Notes: generated by a model not told the origin, from the sequence alone. Counted from the first letter of the stretch, positions 42,901 through 54,058 are shown. The stretch is 64,000 nt of DNA from Chloropicon primus (GCA_023205875.1 CP060761.1:248001-312000); one strand, 5' to 3'. A program made the numbers and translations.

Positions 42901-45098
42901 TTGGAAAGCTGAAAGAGGGCCTCTTCGTGGATCTGGAGAGCGAGGATTTTTCTCGAGTCACGGTGGGCAGTAACAGCACTTTTCGGTGCATGTCCCTGTT
43001 GCTGCACTTTCTTTCTGATTTGTGCCCCGCCCAGCTCCCCGCTCTTTTGGAGAAACACGTGATCAAGGCATCCACGAAATCGTCGTCGTCGTCGGAGCTG
43101 GCATGCCTGAATCTTGTCGTGCTGCTCAAAATTGAGCAAGAGATTCTTCAGAACACCAAAGGTTGCGGTGGAGGCGGTGGCCTACTCGATTCTAGTTTGC
43201 AGGAGGTGACGGACTCGCTGGCGCCTTGCACGCACTTGGCGAGGTCAGGTGTCAGCCTGAACGATTTGCTGGTCGGCGAAGCGCACGCATCGGTGCTGTT
43301 AGCTCAAATCGTGAGCAACGTCTTGGTGTCAGGCAGCCTCGTTGGGGGGCAGGAGGCAGGAAATCTTGGGAACCAAATCCTCGGTCAACACTTTTGTCCG
43401 GCATTGGAGCCCATGATAACGGCAGTGAGCTCGGAAAGTGCTCCGGAGGACGGAATGCAACACAGAGGAAAGATGCTGGTGTATGGGCTGGTGAAGGTTC
43501 AGATGCAAGCCCTCTGGGCAAGTGCATCTGCGGGCCTTCCACCTCCATCAGCGGTTTCCACGGACGTCGTCTTTCAGAACTTGAGAATGTCTTTGACCCG
43601 CCTCGCAGCCTTGTTGGAGGAGGCAGCTGAAAGTGGACTCAACGAGCGCGGGCATGCAGAGTTCCAAATGGCTTTGGATGCCTCCGAAGCGGCCTTGTCT
43701 GTCTTCGCGTTGCTCCTTGACCAGCAAGCCAAGAACGCCAAGGTTCTGAGCATAGACAGGGAAGAGAGGGCTGGCCTTTTGGGAAGCTGCCTGCGAGTTG
43801 TCTTTGCCATCGCAATTATGCAGGTGCACCAAGAAGCCGGAATTCCAATTCTCCCGGCCCTGTCTCGCAGGCGCTGTTTCTTCAAGCCTCTGCTTGGAGT
43901 TATGCGGCACACACCACGGTCAAGCCTTCTCGAGGCTCTCGAAGCTGCCAATTCTTGGAGCGCCTTTGCGGGCAAGGACGGGGTGAAGGTGCTTCTGGCG
44001 GCCTACCTGTCATTCGACGTCCAGTGCAGGCTCAGGCATTGCGTCGGTTACCTTTTGAGCACGAGAACGTACCTGCCCCTGATCGCCTCTCCACAGGAAG
44101 AGGACATCAACAACCTGTACTCGGAGGGCGGTGCGGTTGACATGGTCTCGTACGCCCTTGGGAACCTGGGCATGCTGCCGTCTCTCGCTGCGGTAGTCTT
44201 CCATCCCGAAAGCGCTTCGTCCTCCATTGAGGCTCGGATCAGGTGCTGGGCGATCTTCACGTCCTACCTGAGGACCCTGGGGAGGGATTCCCTCAAGTTC
44301 ATGTGCTCCCTCCTGCGGCACACCGATGTCATAAACGCGCTCCTTTCCGATCTCGTGGGCTACCTGCCCACGCCAGGCAAGAGCGCCAAGAGGGGAAAGG
44401 CGGAAAGAGTCGAGAGCGGAGGAGGCCAGCAGACTCTGACCCTGAGGGACGTGGTGATGAACGTGAAACTCCTGGACGAAGAGGATTACGTGACCCAAGG
44501 CGCGGCCGCGATTTACCGGTCTCTCCTCCACCTCATGCCGTCCAGCGTCTGCTCCTGGTTCACCGAGCTGAAGAACCGGCAGCTGATTTCCAACATCGAA
44601 TCGTACACCTCCGTGAAAGAGACACCCCAGCTCATCGAGCTGGAGCTGGAGAGCATCACCAGCCGGGGCGACTTGGAGGTGGTGGCCCTCCAGAACAAGA
44701 GGGAGGTGGTCACGAGGTACAGGAAGGACGACTCGACCCTGGAGCTGATCATCAAGCTGCCTGGATCTTTCCCGCTGAGGCCGGTGGAGGTGGAGTACAC
44801 CTCCAAGTTCGGGTTCGGCGAGGCGGTGCTGAGAAAGTGGCTGCTCTCCATGCGGGCCTTCCTGCGAAACCAGGACGGCACGATCGACGACGCGATTTAC
44901 CTCTGGTACCAGAACGTCGAGAAGCAGTTCGAGGGCGTTGAGGAGTGCCCGATCTGCTATTCGATCATCCAGACCACGGACCACACCCTGCCCAAGCTCC
45001 GCTGCCGGACTTGCAACAACAAGTTCCACTCCTCCTGCATGTACAAGTGGTTCAGCCAGGGTAAGGCCACGTGCCCGATGTGCCGAACGCTTTGGTGA
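39945..45098 (+). CDS. LTN1: E3 ubiquitin ligase listerin
   Basis: N-terminal ASSSKAA...FVGFGG and KREPVTKVKALQ, HEAT-like body, RWD domain, C-terminal RING FEGVEECPICY...HSSCMYKWF...CPMCR. Confidence 0.95.
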   Translation: MGREKGKGARRGVQGASSSKAASRLGGPGTDGKTFVGFGGFSGSVAFGQNSAAPFTPGNNSGESTASRGYGEKVGKQKGDGLHGGVADFRLDGEVAAIFKGFKKREPVTKVKALQAFRAYIGGEGEHQSSMEAVLGAWSYYYQRLIIDNSRQVRLEAAGGHLEVLRKVGKKDLQANLPRFLAQWLRSQFDENREVARSVKESITKVLPEAILAKAVKHYLVTVLEKLCKDLAIPESAFGDSALESKEDIRDRHARVLVTSLYCVISCIESIKAHDEEWTLSEGELSILKGMIKESNFGKLLLGSSSARVREASYYFVGRIALHSKKILGSCAADLSKHVVGCFKEKDPQCYKSIFEMMIVVNKEVGTMWDDVDPKVVFWPKLHQFLRTGCRDSGDFSYLALLPLLSTIPANAWEKSLGGQEGPFDLLLQTIDQLLLGITNYFGKSDRLVEVGGQCAAECLLYVSMNLAGSFAREGVHDSVESMERSFWETCMRDTFIPFVFKNSSVSEHSQLTRLGQVVYSKLCTSLAARSGSSEKSKRFLSYLTGSMETYALREFSEASSGDLESVAFLSDLEPRKEIADSVICPLAAAFLRDVEQGGKKSLSYLTSLMDVYGEHLSDQCEDFRVKLTAFCGRVSSGHGASPGICRLFMSWLKRDGGLREKWPSILSELRATEPLQVVGARLLSYMQPMEGMSCRELDDLVASLAAADFAKSHQELALKAYKAVLLSVSDTFMPVSDETAVQVLQALEMMLSGAARGVQTKNSKDLFSLIHGVLNRSKVFPKRLMNHLTALVSSAICVQEADAFSNVAAEGGKEGSFAGHTFEPSSLSSLDGLQMFSTFRTFITDWVPREGELPPEDFQAAFGKEVCKIIDCFEDGITVDLLNTLIEPHHSWPVCTDPKTGRLKGDATGSRNGYAAFLLSLLTSLERYDSVSRVSRENLWVPIEFITECTRNHGQGGVSEADVFKYICILQENDQEGGSILDDMFGKLKEGLFVDLESEDFSRVTVGSNSTFRCMSLLLHFLSDLCPAQLPALLEKHVIKASTKSSSSSELACLNLVVLLKIEQEILQNTKGCGGGGGLLDSSLQEVTDSLAPCTHLARSGVSLNDLLVGEAHASVLLAQIVSNVLVSGSLVGGQEAGNLGNQILGQHFCPALEPMITAVSSESAPEDGMQHRGKMLVYGLVKVQMQALWASASAGLPPPSAVSTDVVFQNLRMSLTRLAALLEEAAESGLNERGHAEFQMALDASEAALSVFALLLDQQAKNAKVLSIDREERAGLLGSCLRVVFAIAIMQVHQEAGIPILPALSRRRCFFKPLLGVMRHTPRSSLLEALEAANSWSAFAGKDGVKVLLAAYLSFDVQCRLRHCVGYLLSTRTYLPLIASPQEEDINNLYSEGGAVDMVSYALGNLGMLPSLAAVVFHPESASSSIEARIRCWAIFTSYLRTLGRDSLKFMCSLLRHTDVINALLSDLVGYLPTPGKSAKRGKAERVESGGGQQTLTLRDVVMNVKLLDEEDYVTQGAAAIYRSLLHLMPSSVCSWFTELKNRQLISNIESYTSVKETPQLIELELESITSRGDLEVVALQNKREVVTRYRKDDSTLELIIKLPGSFPLRPVEVEYTSKFGFGEAVLRKWLLSMRAFLRNQDGTIDDAIYLWYQNVEKQFEGVEECPICYSIIQTTDHTLPKLRCRTCNNKFHSSCMYKWFSQGKATCPMCRTLW

Positions 45099-45207
45099 GA
45101 TGCGAAAACGCCGTTATTAGAAGAACAAAACATATATATTCATAAAATTACACAGTTGTTTCGTTTTTTATTTTTTTTGGGGGGGGACACGCTTCTCTTG
45201 TTGTGCT

Positions 45208-46347
45208 TCAGTCTTGCTGGTCGTCCCCGACCTCGGCCTTGACCAGGTCCAGGTCCAGGTCCAGGCCCAGATCCACCTTGTCCTGGTCACGGCGGTGCTG
45301 CTCCTGCTCCTGCCTGTACAGCTCGGCCTTTCGCATCGCCATCTTCACCCTCGGGTTGGACTCGAGCTTGGAGCTGTCGTCCTCCCTCTCGGCCTTCGCG
45401 TTGACGGCCGAGAAGAACGCGGAGAGCTTCGCCTCCTTCCCGGTCTCCTCCTGCCCCCCCCTCGCCATCACCGCCGTCGAGGTCGACGGGGTTCGGCTCA
45501 TTTGGCCCCGGATGCCGGGAATCCTCACCATGAGCTGCTGCTTCATCAGGTTGTACGTGTTGTACTTTTGGATCAGCCAATCCATTTTGGTGGCCCTCAC
45601 GTCCGAGAGGTTGGGCTTGCGGCCGTGCTCCGAGAGGAACTGGGAGACCCAGGGCTCGATCTCCTTCTCGAGTATCCGAAAGTCGTGCAGCATGGTCTTG
45701 TACCTCGCCACCATGGCCTTCTTCTGGTGGTCCGCCTCCCCGCCTCCGCCGGAGGTGGTGGTGGGGGCGAGGGAGGCCACCGAGGGCGGGGGGGGTCCGG
45801 CTTTCCTGGTGGCCTCCTGGGCCTGGACGATCTTGTCCACCGACTGCAGGACCCTCGCCGCCGTGTGCCTCCTCCTCTGGCTCCGGCTCATCTTCTCCCT
45901 CGTGTCCTTGGAGTGGCTCGACCCCCTCCTCGACTCCCGGATCCTTTCCTTGTGCCCCTCGCTCAGCCTCTTGCCCTTGTTCCACGGCTCGATGCCGGAC
46001 CTCCCCTTGGACACCTTGGACGCGTAAGAAGCGTCGTCCTTCCAGCGCTTCTTCATGGCCTCCGAGATGCGCCTCCTTCGCTTCGCCTCCGCCTCTGACA
46101 CCACAGGAGGAGGAGGAGGCGGTGGAGGAGACGACGAAGGCGAAGCTGCGGAGCGGGAGGAACGCTCCTGTGGCGTCGGCTCTCCCACATTTGTTGTCGT
46201 TGTCGTCGTCGTCGGGTTCGTCGCTGGGCAGCCGAGGACCATCGTGCCGCGGGGGTGGTGTGCTGGTCCTCTCCTCCGTCGGAGCGACACGGCGGTCCTC
46301 CCGGAGGTGCTCGGGGACCCGACGACCAAGCTCCCCAGGCTTCTCAT
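45208..46347 (-). CDS. Probable plastid-targeted NUMOD3-motif nucleic-acid-binding protein
   Basis: RRRISEAMKKRW, PWNKGKRLSEGHKERI, HSKDTREKMS. A later WVSQFLSEHGRKPNLSDV helical motif. The start is uncertain. Confidence 0.7.
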   Translation of the reverse strand: MRSLGSLVVGSPSTSGRTAVSLRRRRGPAHHPRGTMVLGCPATNPTTTTTTTNVGEPTPQERSSRSAASPSSSPPPPPPPPVVSEAEAKRRRRISEAMKKRWKDDASYASKVSKGRSGIEPWNKGKRLSEGHKERIRESRRGSSHSKDTREKMSRSQRRRHTAARVLQSVDKIVQAQEATRKAGPPPPSVASLAPTTTSGGGGEADHQKKAMVARYKTMLHDFRILEKEIEPWVSQFLSEHGRKPNLSDVRATKMDWLIQKYNTYNLMKQQLMVRIPGIRGQMSRTPSTSTAVMARGGQEETGKEAKLSAFFSAVNAKAEREDDSSKLESNPRVKMAMRKAELYRQEQEQHRRDQDKVDLGLDLDLDLVKAEVGDDQQD

Positions 46348-47220
46348 CGCCAGCCGGTTCCTTGACTCCGAAAAACTCAACGACGCCGTTCCACCCGCCA
46401 CCCGGTGCCCGTGAACAACAACATCATCACCATCACCATCATCATCATCGAGTTGGAAGGTCTATCCTCATCCCCACATCATTCGTCCTCAAATCCTCCA
46501 CAGGACGCCAATCCCTCGAAGTGAGGGCTTAAAAGAAAGATCGGGAGACGAGTAATCTTCCTGATGAGCCGTTCTGTTCGCGAAAGAAAACACCCTCCAG
46601 CCCGTCCCTTGCGTCGCGGCTTCCCAAGGTGAGTTTGATCCCTCGCCTCCCAGGAGCTCCTCGACTTTCTCGTGCTCAAAAATTCGATACGAGTCGTTAG
46701 CTTATGCGTTGATTCATACACATATGGGGTACGTCTATGGAAGAACAAAATCTGAGCGGCTCAGCTTGGCCCTCCACCCGAGAGGAGATAAGGTTTTCGG
46801 TGTTCTTCTCATGACGTTTATTTAACATAAAAAAATCCACTTCTCGTCAAAGTATTTCTTGTGGAGGTATTGTTGTACTGGAGGAGATTTTGGAGGGCCA
46901 GGAGTGGCCGACGGACGGCAAGGAGATCACAGAGCAGCCAGGACGTCGACCGGTGGATAGAGGTGAGTGTTTCTTGAAGAAAATAGTGGATCACGGGGCA
47001 CGACACGTCGAGGAGGAACCTCGCGGATGGAACCTTCGTCTCGTTCTCTCTCGTTTGACTCCTCCCTCGCCCGAAACGGACGACATCATCCCTCCCTCTC
47101 GTGAAGCTGTTGTGGTGAACTAAAGCCAAATTGCCATCCATACAATCTCATCTCATGTCATCTCTCTTGTTCGCCAACCAGCAGGGTCTTCAGCAGCAGC
47201 AGCAGCAGGAAGTGTTCACG

Positions 47221-48306
47221 ATGCAAGCGATTGGAGGCAAGAGAGCGAGGTTCGTGAGGGGTGGACAGGTGGTGGCGAGTCCAGCGCCTGGTGCGAGGAG
47301 GCAGCAGAGGGCCGGGAGGCTGGCGTGCAACGCGTCCTTGAAGGACATTAGGGACAGGATCGGGTCGGTGAAGAACACGCAGAAGATCACGGACGCGATG
47401 AAGCTGGTGGCTGCGGCCAAGGTGAGGAGGGCCCAGGACGCCGTGATCCAGGGAAGGCCCTTCGCGTCCAAGCTCGTGGACATGCTCTACGGGGTCAACA
47501 CCAGGCTGAGGAACGAGGCGGAGGTGGACTCCCCCTTGCTGGACGTCAAGCCCGTGGAGAAGGTCCTGATCGTGTCCTTCACCGGGGACAGGGGCCTCTG
47601 CGGGGGGTTCAACAACTTCATCATGAAGAGGACCGAGCAGCGCGTCGCGGAGCTCAGGGCGAGCGGCGTCGAGGCCGAGCTCCTCATGGTCGGAAAGAAG
47701 GGCGGGCAGTACTTTGGCAGGCGCGAGGACCAGTACGAGGTCGTGAGATCCTTCGAGACCGGGCAGAAGCCCACCGTGAAGGAGAGCCAGGCCATCGCGG
47801 ACGTGATCTACTCCAAGTTCGTCGGCGGGGAGGTCCAGAAGGTCGAGCTGATCTACACCAAGTTCGTCTCCCTCATCTCTAGTGACCCAATCGTGCAGAC
47901 CCTGCTCCCAATGACCCCGGAGGGGGAGGTGTGCGACATCGAGGGCAACTGCATCGACGCCGCGGACGACGAGCTGTTCAAGCTCACCACCAAGGAGGGA
48001 GAGCTCGCGGTGGAGAGGGAGTCCACCAACATTTCTGACGGGGAGGGTTTTGACGAGCTGCTCATTTTCGAGCAGGAGCCGCAGCAGATTCTCGACGCCC
48101 TCTTGCCCCTCTACATGAACGGAACCGTCCTCAGGGCCCTCCAGGAGTCCCTCGCCAGCGAGCTCGCGGCCAGGATGAACGCCATGAACAGTGCCAGCGA
48201 CAACGCCAAGGAGTTGAAGAAGAACTTGACTCTCCTCTACAACAGGGGAAGGCAGGCGAAGATCACGGGAGAGATCATCGAGATTGTGGCGGGAAGCTCC
48301 GTCTAG
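47221..48306 (+). CDS. ATPC: Chloroplast ATP synthase gamma subunit
   Basis: LKDIRDRIGSVKNTQKITDAMKLVAAAK, GDRGLCG, redox loop CDIEGNC, RQAKITGEIIEIVAG. Confidence 0.98.
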   Translation: MQAIGGKRARFVRGGQVVASPAPGARRQQRAGRLACNASLKDIRDRIGSVKNTQKITDAMKLVAAAKVRRAQDAVIQGRPFASKLVDMLYGVNTRLRNEAEVDSPLLDVKPVEKVLIVSFTGDRGLCGGFNNFIMKRTEQRVAELRASGVEAELLMVGKKGGQYFGRREDQYEVVRSFETGQKPTVKESQAIADVIYSKFVGGEVQKVELIYTKFVSLISSDPIVQTLLPMTPEGEVCDIEGNCIDAADDELFKLTTKEGELAVERESTNISDGEGFDELLIFEQEPQQILDALLPLYMNGTVLRALQESLASELAARMNAMNSASDNAKELKKNLTLLYNRGRQAKITGEIIEIVAGSSV

Positions 48307-49064
48307 AGCTGCGCTTTTCGGCGATGCGATAGCAGGGCGCCCCGTTTCATATTTTTTTTCGGTCTTTGGTGGCGGGACGGCAAACAAGGAGGCCTCGCTC
48401 GGGAATGATTTTTGCATTAAAGGATGGAATAACAACAACAGCAAAAACAGTGTTAACGTTAGAAAGTACAGAAAGCAACACAACCACCACCACTACCACT
48501 ATCACCAGCAGCAGCACCAGGAAGCTTTACCGAGCAACGCGCCTCGCACTCGCAGGCCTTGACCTCCTCCTGAAAAACACCAGCAGCAGCGTCTCCACCC
48601 CCCTCGTCTCTCGTCTCTCTCCTCTCTCTCTCTCTCCTGCTGCATCTCCGATGCAGTCCAGAGGAAGAAGGGGACGGTGAGGAAGCTCCCTGGACCGTTG
48701 ATGGACTCACCTCTCTCCCCTCCACCACCGCCATCACCATCATCACCATCGCCATCATCACCGCCATCGTCATCATCCAACGATCTCGCCTCTTATCCTT
48801 TTTTCTGGCCGCAATTCCCCAGCAGCGAGGCGAGGTGCAGGAGAGAGGTGAGTCTTGGCGATGCGACTGGCGTAAGGGGGTGAGGACGGAGGAAGAGGCG
48901 AAGACGTGGAATAAGATTCGATTCTACGCGTCTTCCTCTTTCGATGGACTCCTCCCTCGACGCATTTGGCCAAGGAATTGGAACAAAACTGACACGAGTA
49001 TGCTCGTCCACCCAGGAGCTCGCCTTGGGCATCACCACCACCACCGCCACCGAGAAGCCTCGTC

Positions 49065-52000
49065 ATGGCGTTCCGGGCGCAGGAGCACACGCTGTGCGGG
49101 TCCCTGGCGGCGAAGGTGATGCTTGCGAGAGCGGAGTGCCGAGCGATGGGCGTGGTGTCGCTGGCGTGCGGTCGAGAGAGGCGCAGGCACTGGACGAGGT
49201 TGCCCAGGAAGGTGGAGGCCTGGAGGGCGTATGCCTCGCCGGCGAGCGGCAGGACGAAGGGCGTTGTGTGGTGCGGGAGGAGGAGGCCCGAGGAGGGTCT
49301 GATGACATCTTTCGCGGCGCAGGAGGCTCGGACGGCGTCGCGCCAGGTGGCCGCGAGCGCCGGGGGGCCTGGCCAGTCCCACCGGAGCCTGCCCAAGTAC
49401 TTTGACTGGAAGGAGTCCGAGAAGCGGCTGTACGGGTGGTGGGAGTCCGAGGGCTGCTTTCGCCCCGTGGCCGAGAGGGACGGCTCCGGGGAGGGCAAGT
49501 TCGTGATGGCGATGCCTCCGCCGAACGTCACCGGTGCGCTTCACATGGGGCACGCCATGTTTGTCACGATCGAGGATATCATGGCCAGGTACGCGAGGAT
49601 GAAGGGGAAGGACGTGCTTTGGCTTCCCGGCACCGACCACGCGGGGATCGCGACTCAGATGGTCGTCGAGAAGAGCCTGGCGGCGGAAGGGGTCAAGAAG
49701 AACGATCTGGGAAGGGCCAAGTTCGTTGACAAGGTGTGGGAGTGGAAGGAGACGTACGGCCACAGGATCACGGACCAGCTGAGGGCCCTGGGGGCGAGCT
49801 GCGACTGGTCCAGGGAGAGCTTCACCCTTGACGAGAACCTCAGCAAGGCGGTCGGGGAGGCTTTCACGCGGCTCCACGAGGAGGGCTTGATTTACAGGGG
49901 GTCTTACATGGTCAACTGGTCGCCCAATTTGCAGACGGCGGTGTCCGACCTGGAGGTGGAATACGCCGACGAGAAGGGGACCTTGTACTTCTTCAAGTAC
50001 CCGGTCAGGGGCGGCGGGGGCGATGTGGAGTACCTTCCCGTGGCGACGAGCCGGCCGGAAACGATTTTGGGCGACACCGCCGTGGCCGTGAACCCAGAGG
50101 ACGGGAGGTTCAAGCACCTGATCGGCCACAAGGCGGTGGTGCCCTTTGTGGACAGGGAGGTGCCCATCATAGGCGACGAGGGCGTGGATATGGAGTTCGG
50201 AACGGGGGCCCTCAAAGTCACCCCGGCCCACGACATGAACGACTACAACCTGGGGAAGAAGCACGGTCTGAATTTCGTGAAGATCATGAACAAGGACGGA
50301 ACGCTGAACGAGGCCTCTGGCAAGTACGCCGGCCTGGACAGGTTCGAGGCCAGGGAGAGGATCTGGCAGGACATGTCCGATTCCGGGATGGCCATCAGGA
50401 CGGAAGAGTACGAGACGAGGGTCCCAAAATCTCAGAGGGGCGGGGAAGTCATCGAGCCCATGCTGAGCGAGCAGTGGTTCGTGGAAATGAAGCCGCTTGC
50501 GGATCCCGCGCTCAAGGCCGTGAAGGACGGCGAGATCCAGATCGTGCCACAGAGGTTCGAGAAGGTGTACAACAATTGGCTGGACAACATTCAGGACTGG
50601 TGCATTTCAAGGCAGCTGTGGTGGGGCCACAGAATCCCTGCCTGGTACGTCTACAACAGCAAAGAGGAAGCGGACTCGGGGTACAAGAACGGGCACGCCG
50701 GGAAGGATTACGTTGTCGCCTCCAGCGAGGAGGAGGCCTACGCCAAGGCCAAGGAAGCCCATGGCGACGGGGTCCACCTCGTGCAGGAGGAGGACGTCCT
50801 GGACACCTGGTTCTCCAGTAGCTTGTGGCCTTTCAGCACCCTGGGGTGGCCGAACCTCGAGAGCGCGGATTACAAGAGGTTTTACCCCACCTCCATGCTC
50901 GAGACGGGGCACGACATTCTTTTCTTCTGGGTCGCTAGGATGATCATGATGGGCATGCATCTCACCGGCGAGGTGCCGTTCCACACGGTGTACCTCCACG
51001 GTCTCATCAGGGACAAGGAGGGGAGGAAGATGTCCAAGACCTTGGGGAACGTCATCGACCCCCTCACGGTGATCGAGGAGTACGGAACCGATGCCCTCCG
51101 CTTCACGCTTGCCACGGGGACCACCCCTGGCCAGGACCTGAACCTCTCTCTCGAGAAGATCGAGTCCAGCAGGAATCTGGTGAACAAGGTCTGGAACGCT
51201 TCAAAGTTTGTCCTGTCGTGCCTCGAGAAGCTGGAGGGAGAAGGCTACGAGTGGTCCGAGGACTCTGTCGGGGCGTTCCCGGACGCAGAGTCCCTTCCCT
51301 TTGCCGAGCGTTGGATTCTCGCCGAGCTTGCCCACCTGGTCGAGGAGGTGGACAGGGCGCACGAGAGGCATGACATCGGGGAGGCGGGGAGGGCGGTGTA
51401 CAACTTCTTCTGGGGCCAGTTCGCGGACTGGTACCTCGAGATTGCGAAGACGAGGCTTTACAACGACGACAAGGCCGGGGCCCGGCAGTGCATGGACGTG
51501 CTCCTGCACGTGTTCCTCTCCTCCCTGCAGCTGCTGCACCCTTACATGCCTTTTGTAACGGAAGAGATCTGGCAGGTGTTGACGGGCAGGCAAGGCAGCA
51601 TCATGACGTCGAGCTGGCCGAGTCAAGATGGGAAGGACGAGGCCACCCGCGCCTCCTTCAGCGTCTTCCAGGAAGCGGTGAGATCGGTGAGGAACATCAG
51701 GGCCGAGCAGCAGGTCCCTGTGAACAAGAAGATCTCGGCCTTGTTCACGATCGATTCGGAGGGGCTCAAGTCCCAAGTCCTTTCCGAGGAAAAGGCCCTC
51801 CAGTTCCTGTGTAAAATAGAAGACCTCACTATCATTCGCAGGGAGGACGCAAAGTCTCTGAGCTCCGAGGAGCACATCGAGACCGTCGTCAACGACGGGT
51901 TCTGCGTTTACATTCCTTTGGCCGGTCTGGTGGATGCCGAGCAGGAGATCAGCAGGCTCGAGAGGCAGGCGGGGAAGATAGAGAAAGACCTCAAGACCCT

Positions 52001-52142
52001 CGAGTCCAGGCTGTCCTCTCCAAGTTTTGTCGAGAAGGCGCCCCAAAAGGTGGTGGACGAGACGAGGGGCAAGAGGGACGACCTGGCCCAGCAGTTGAGC
52101 ATGGTGAAGGGGCGCTTGGAGACCCTGAAGGTTGCTGCTTGA
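49065..52142 (+). CDS. Organellar valyl-tRNA synthetase
   Basis: PPPNVTGALHMGH, DWCISRQLWWGHRIP, KMSKT, C-terminal coiled coil; transit-peptide-like N-terminus. Confidence 0.96.
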   Translation: MAFRAQEHTLCGSLAAKVMLARAECRAMGVVSLACGRERRRHWTRLPRKVEAWRAYASPASGRTKGVVWCGRRRPEEGLMTSFAAQEARTASRQVAASAGGPGQSHRSLPKYFDWKESEKRLYGWWESEGCFRPVAERDGSGEGKFVMAMPPPNVTGALHMGHAMFVTIEDIMARYARMKGKDVLWLPGTDHAGIATQMVVEKSLAAEGVKKNDLGRAKFVDKVWEWKETYGHRITDQLRALGASCDWSRESFTLDENLSKAVGEAFTRLHEEGLIYRGSYMVNWSPNLQTAVSDLEVEYADEKGTLYFFKYPVRGGGGDVEYLPVATSRPETILGDTAVAVNPEDGRFKHLIGHKAVVPFVDREVPIIGDEGVDMEFGTGALKVTPAHDMNDYNLGKKHGLNFVKIMNKDGTLNEASGKYAGLDRFEARERIWQDMSDSGMAIRTEEYETRVPKSQRGGEVIEPMLSEQWFVEMKPLADPALKAVKDGEIQIVPQRFEKVYNNWLDNIQDWCISRQLWWGHRIPAWYVYNSKEEADSGYKNGHAGKDYVVASSEEEAYAKAKEAHGDGVHLVQEEDVLDTWFSSSLWPFSTLGWPNLESADYKRFYPTSMLETGHDILFFWVARMIMMGMHLTGEVPFHTVYLHGLIRDKEGRKMSKTLGNVIDPLTVIEEYGTDALRFTLATGTTPGQDLNLSLEKIESSRNLVNKVWNASKFVLSCLEKLEGEGYEWSEDSVGAFPDAESLPFAERWILAELAHLVEEVDRAHERHDIGEAGRAVYNFFWGQFADWYLEIAKTRLYNDDKAGARQCMDVLLHVFLSSLQLLHPYMPFVTEEIWQVLTGRQGSIMTSSWPSQDGKDEATRASFSVFQEAVRSVRNIRAEQQVPVNKKISALFTIDSEGLKSQVLSEEKALQFLCKIEDLTIIRREDAKSLSSEEHIETVVNDGFCVYIPLAGLVDAEQEISRLERQAGKIEKDLKTLESRLSSPSFVEKAPQKVVDETRGKRDDLAQQLSMVKGRLETLKVAA

Positions 52143-52220
52143 GTAGTCTATAAATAATACCGGGGTAACGAATTGCGATTCATATCATGCTCACTTGTTG
52201 TTCCTCTTTCCAAAAACTTA

Positions 52221-53007
52221 TCAGGCGGACGCAAGGAAGGCTCCAACAAACTTCTCCACATCTCCGGCAGTCTTGCAAGTCTCGAGCTCTGAGTCCAGCC
52301 TTGCCGTCGGCTTGCCTATTCCCCACTTCATCAGGGTGGGAACGCCCGTGAGCTTGAACGTCTCGTCCTTCCTCAGCACGTGCTCAGGATCCTTCCACCT
52401 GTGCGAAAGGGAACGCGAAGAAGGCCAGTCAGTTGGAGTCAGCAAGTGCTCTACTGCCGCAAACAAGTTCCCCCGGGCTTCCGGCCCGTGCTGCGCTCGC
52501 ACTTACGTTGGCCTGTCGCCCACATCAACCTCTATCACGGTGTACCCCTTCCCCTCAATCATGGAGTAGATCACCGGGGAAGCTATTCTGCAGTCTGGGC
52601 ACCAGCTCTCGCCGGTGTCCTTGTCGTCGCCGGCCACGAAGAGCACCAACACCTTTGGATTCCCTCCGTATCGGTTCAATATTCCTTTCATCTTCTTCAC
52701 CGTCGTCTTCACGCGAAGCGTTCTGGAAAACACGCGAGGGCAACGAGGCAAGCCAGCGTTAGTCACGTCACATCGCGCCACGAGACCACGCCCACGCCTG
52801 ACGAGGGTGATGCGTCGAAGCACACTAAAAGCCCAAAAGCCAAAAAAAAGTGGTTGAGAAACTTGGCACCAACACCACCCACCTTCTGAGTCCCTCCGCG
52901 AATCTGGACGTCAGGACGTAGGACAAGAGAGCCACCGATGCGCCGACCGCTGCAGCATACGCTGCGAAGCTCGGGTGAGCAAAGCCTTTCTTCAACATAC
53001 CCAACAT
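52221..53007 (-). CDS. Thioredoxin-domain protein 17 (TRP14/Clot-like), probably 3 exons
   Basis: SWCPDC, VGDRPT|WKDP across a GTAAGT intron, FKLTGVPTL. The upstream exon MLGMLKKGF...GLRR joins in frame through GTGGGT..GACTAAC..CCAG. The 5' exon is less certain. Confidence 0.8.
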
Positions 53008-54058
53008 CTTCCTCCTCACTTGGGCTTGGTCGTGACCCTTTCCTTCCTCTCCAGAACAAAACAAAACAAAACGACGGCAAGTCAGTCAACCCAATCATGG
53101 ACACTTCCTCCCTCACTCGAATGGCAGCAGCAGCAGCAGCACCCAATTCATTCCTCACGCCGCTCGTCAACACGTTGCCGTCTCAATAGCAACCCAACCA
53201 TCGACAAGGACAAGGACAAGGGAAGAGGTTTCCGTCGTAGTGCGCGAGAGTTTGGGCGACAGAGCACAACGAAGAGAAGGCGACGATGGCGATGCCGCCG
53301 CCGACGACGACTATGGCCGAGCCCTCACCTCTCGTCTGACCCAAACAACCTCTTCGTCTCGTCTGTCACTCGGAGTGAGTCAGGTCAGGCCCCATCACAA
53401 CACGACGCAGCACAAGATGGTGACGACGCCGGAACAGAAAGAAAGAGAGAGAGAGATGAGAGAGCGGGAGGAAGCAGATGACATGATTCCCTCGGTGTTG
53501 CCTCGTGCGCTCCGCGTTGCCTCGTGCGCTTTCTCTTGCGCTTTCTCTTGGCACTCACCTCCTTCCCTTCCTCTCCTGATCTGTGTGGCGGGAGATCACT
53601 CAGAGCGTTTCATTGGGCGACCGCCGGCGAGGAAAGGAACGAGGTAAGGGAAGCTGCTCCGGGAGGGACGGGGGAAAGGGAGGGGGAGGGGAGAGGGAGA
53701 CACGTCGATGCGTTACGATTTTACCTCTCGATCGACCTCTTGATCGAAAGATTTGGACCAAGTTTGAGGATGGGGTGGACTAAAAACGTTTTGAGTTCTT
53801 TTTCGTGTTTTTTGGGAAAGGTAGAGGTAAGTGGAAGAAGTTTTGAGGCGAGGAGGGGAGAGGACGGGAGGGAGGGACACATCGACGGATTATTCGTGTC
53901 TTTATCTTTCCGTCGACCCCTCGGACGAAACGAACGACGTCCTGAAAAGAATTCATTCACTCATTCTTCATGCCTTTTGCTTGCTCCGTTTTGCTTTGGT
54001 TGTTTTGTGTGATCTGTGGACCTCAGGAGGCAGAGGGGTTGAGGAGAGAGGCGTGAGG

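Noticed and set aside
48459..48780. Short Met/Val- or Asp/Gly-rich minus-strand ORFs between ATPC and ValRS
   Set aside because: Derived from CAT/CAC trinucleotide tracts; no convincing gene model.
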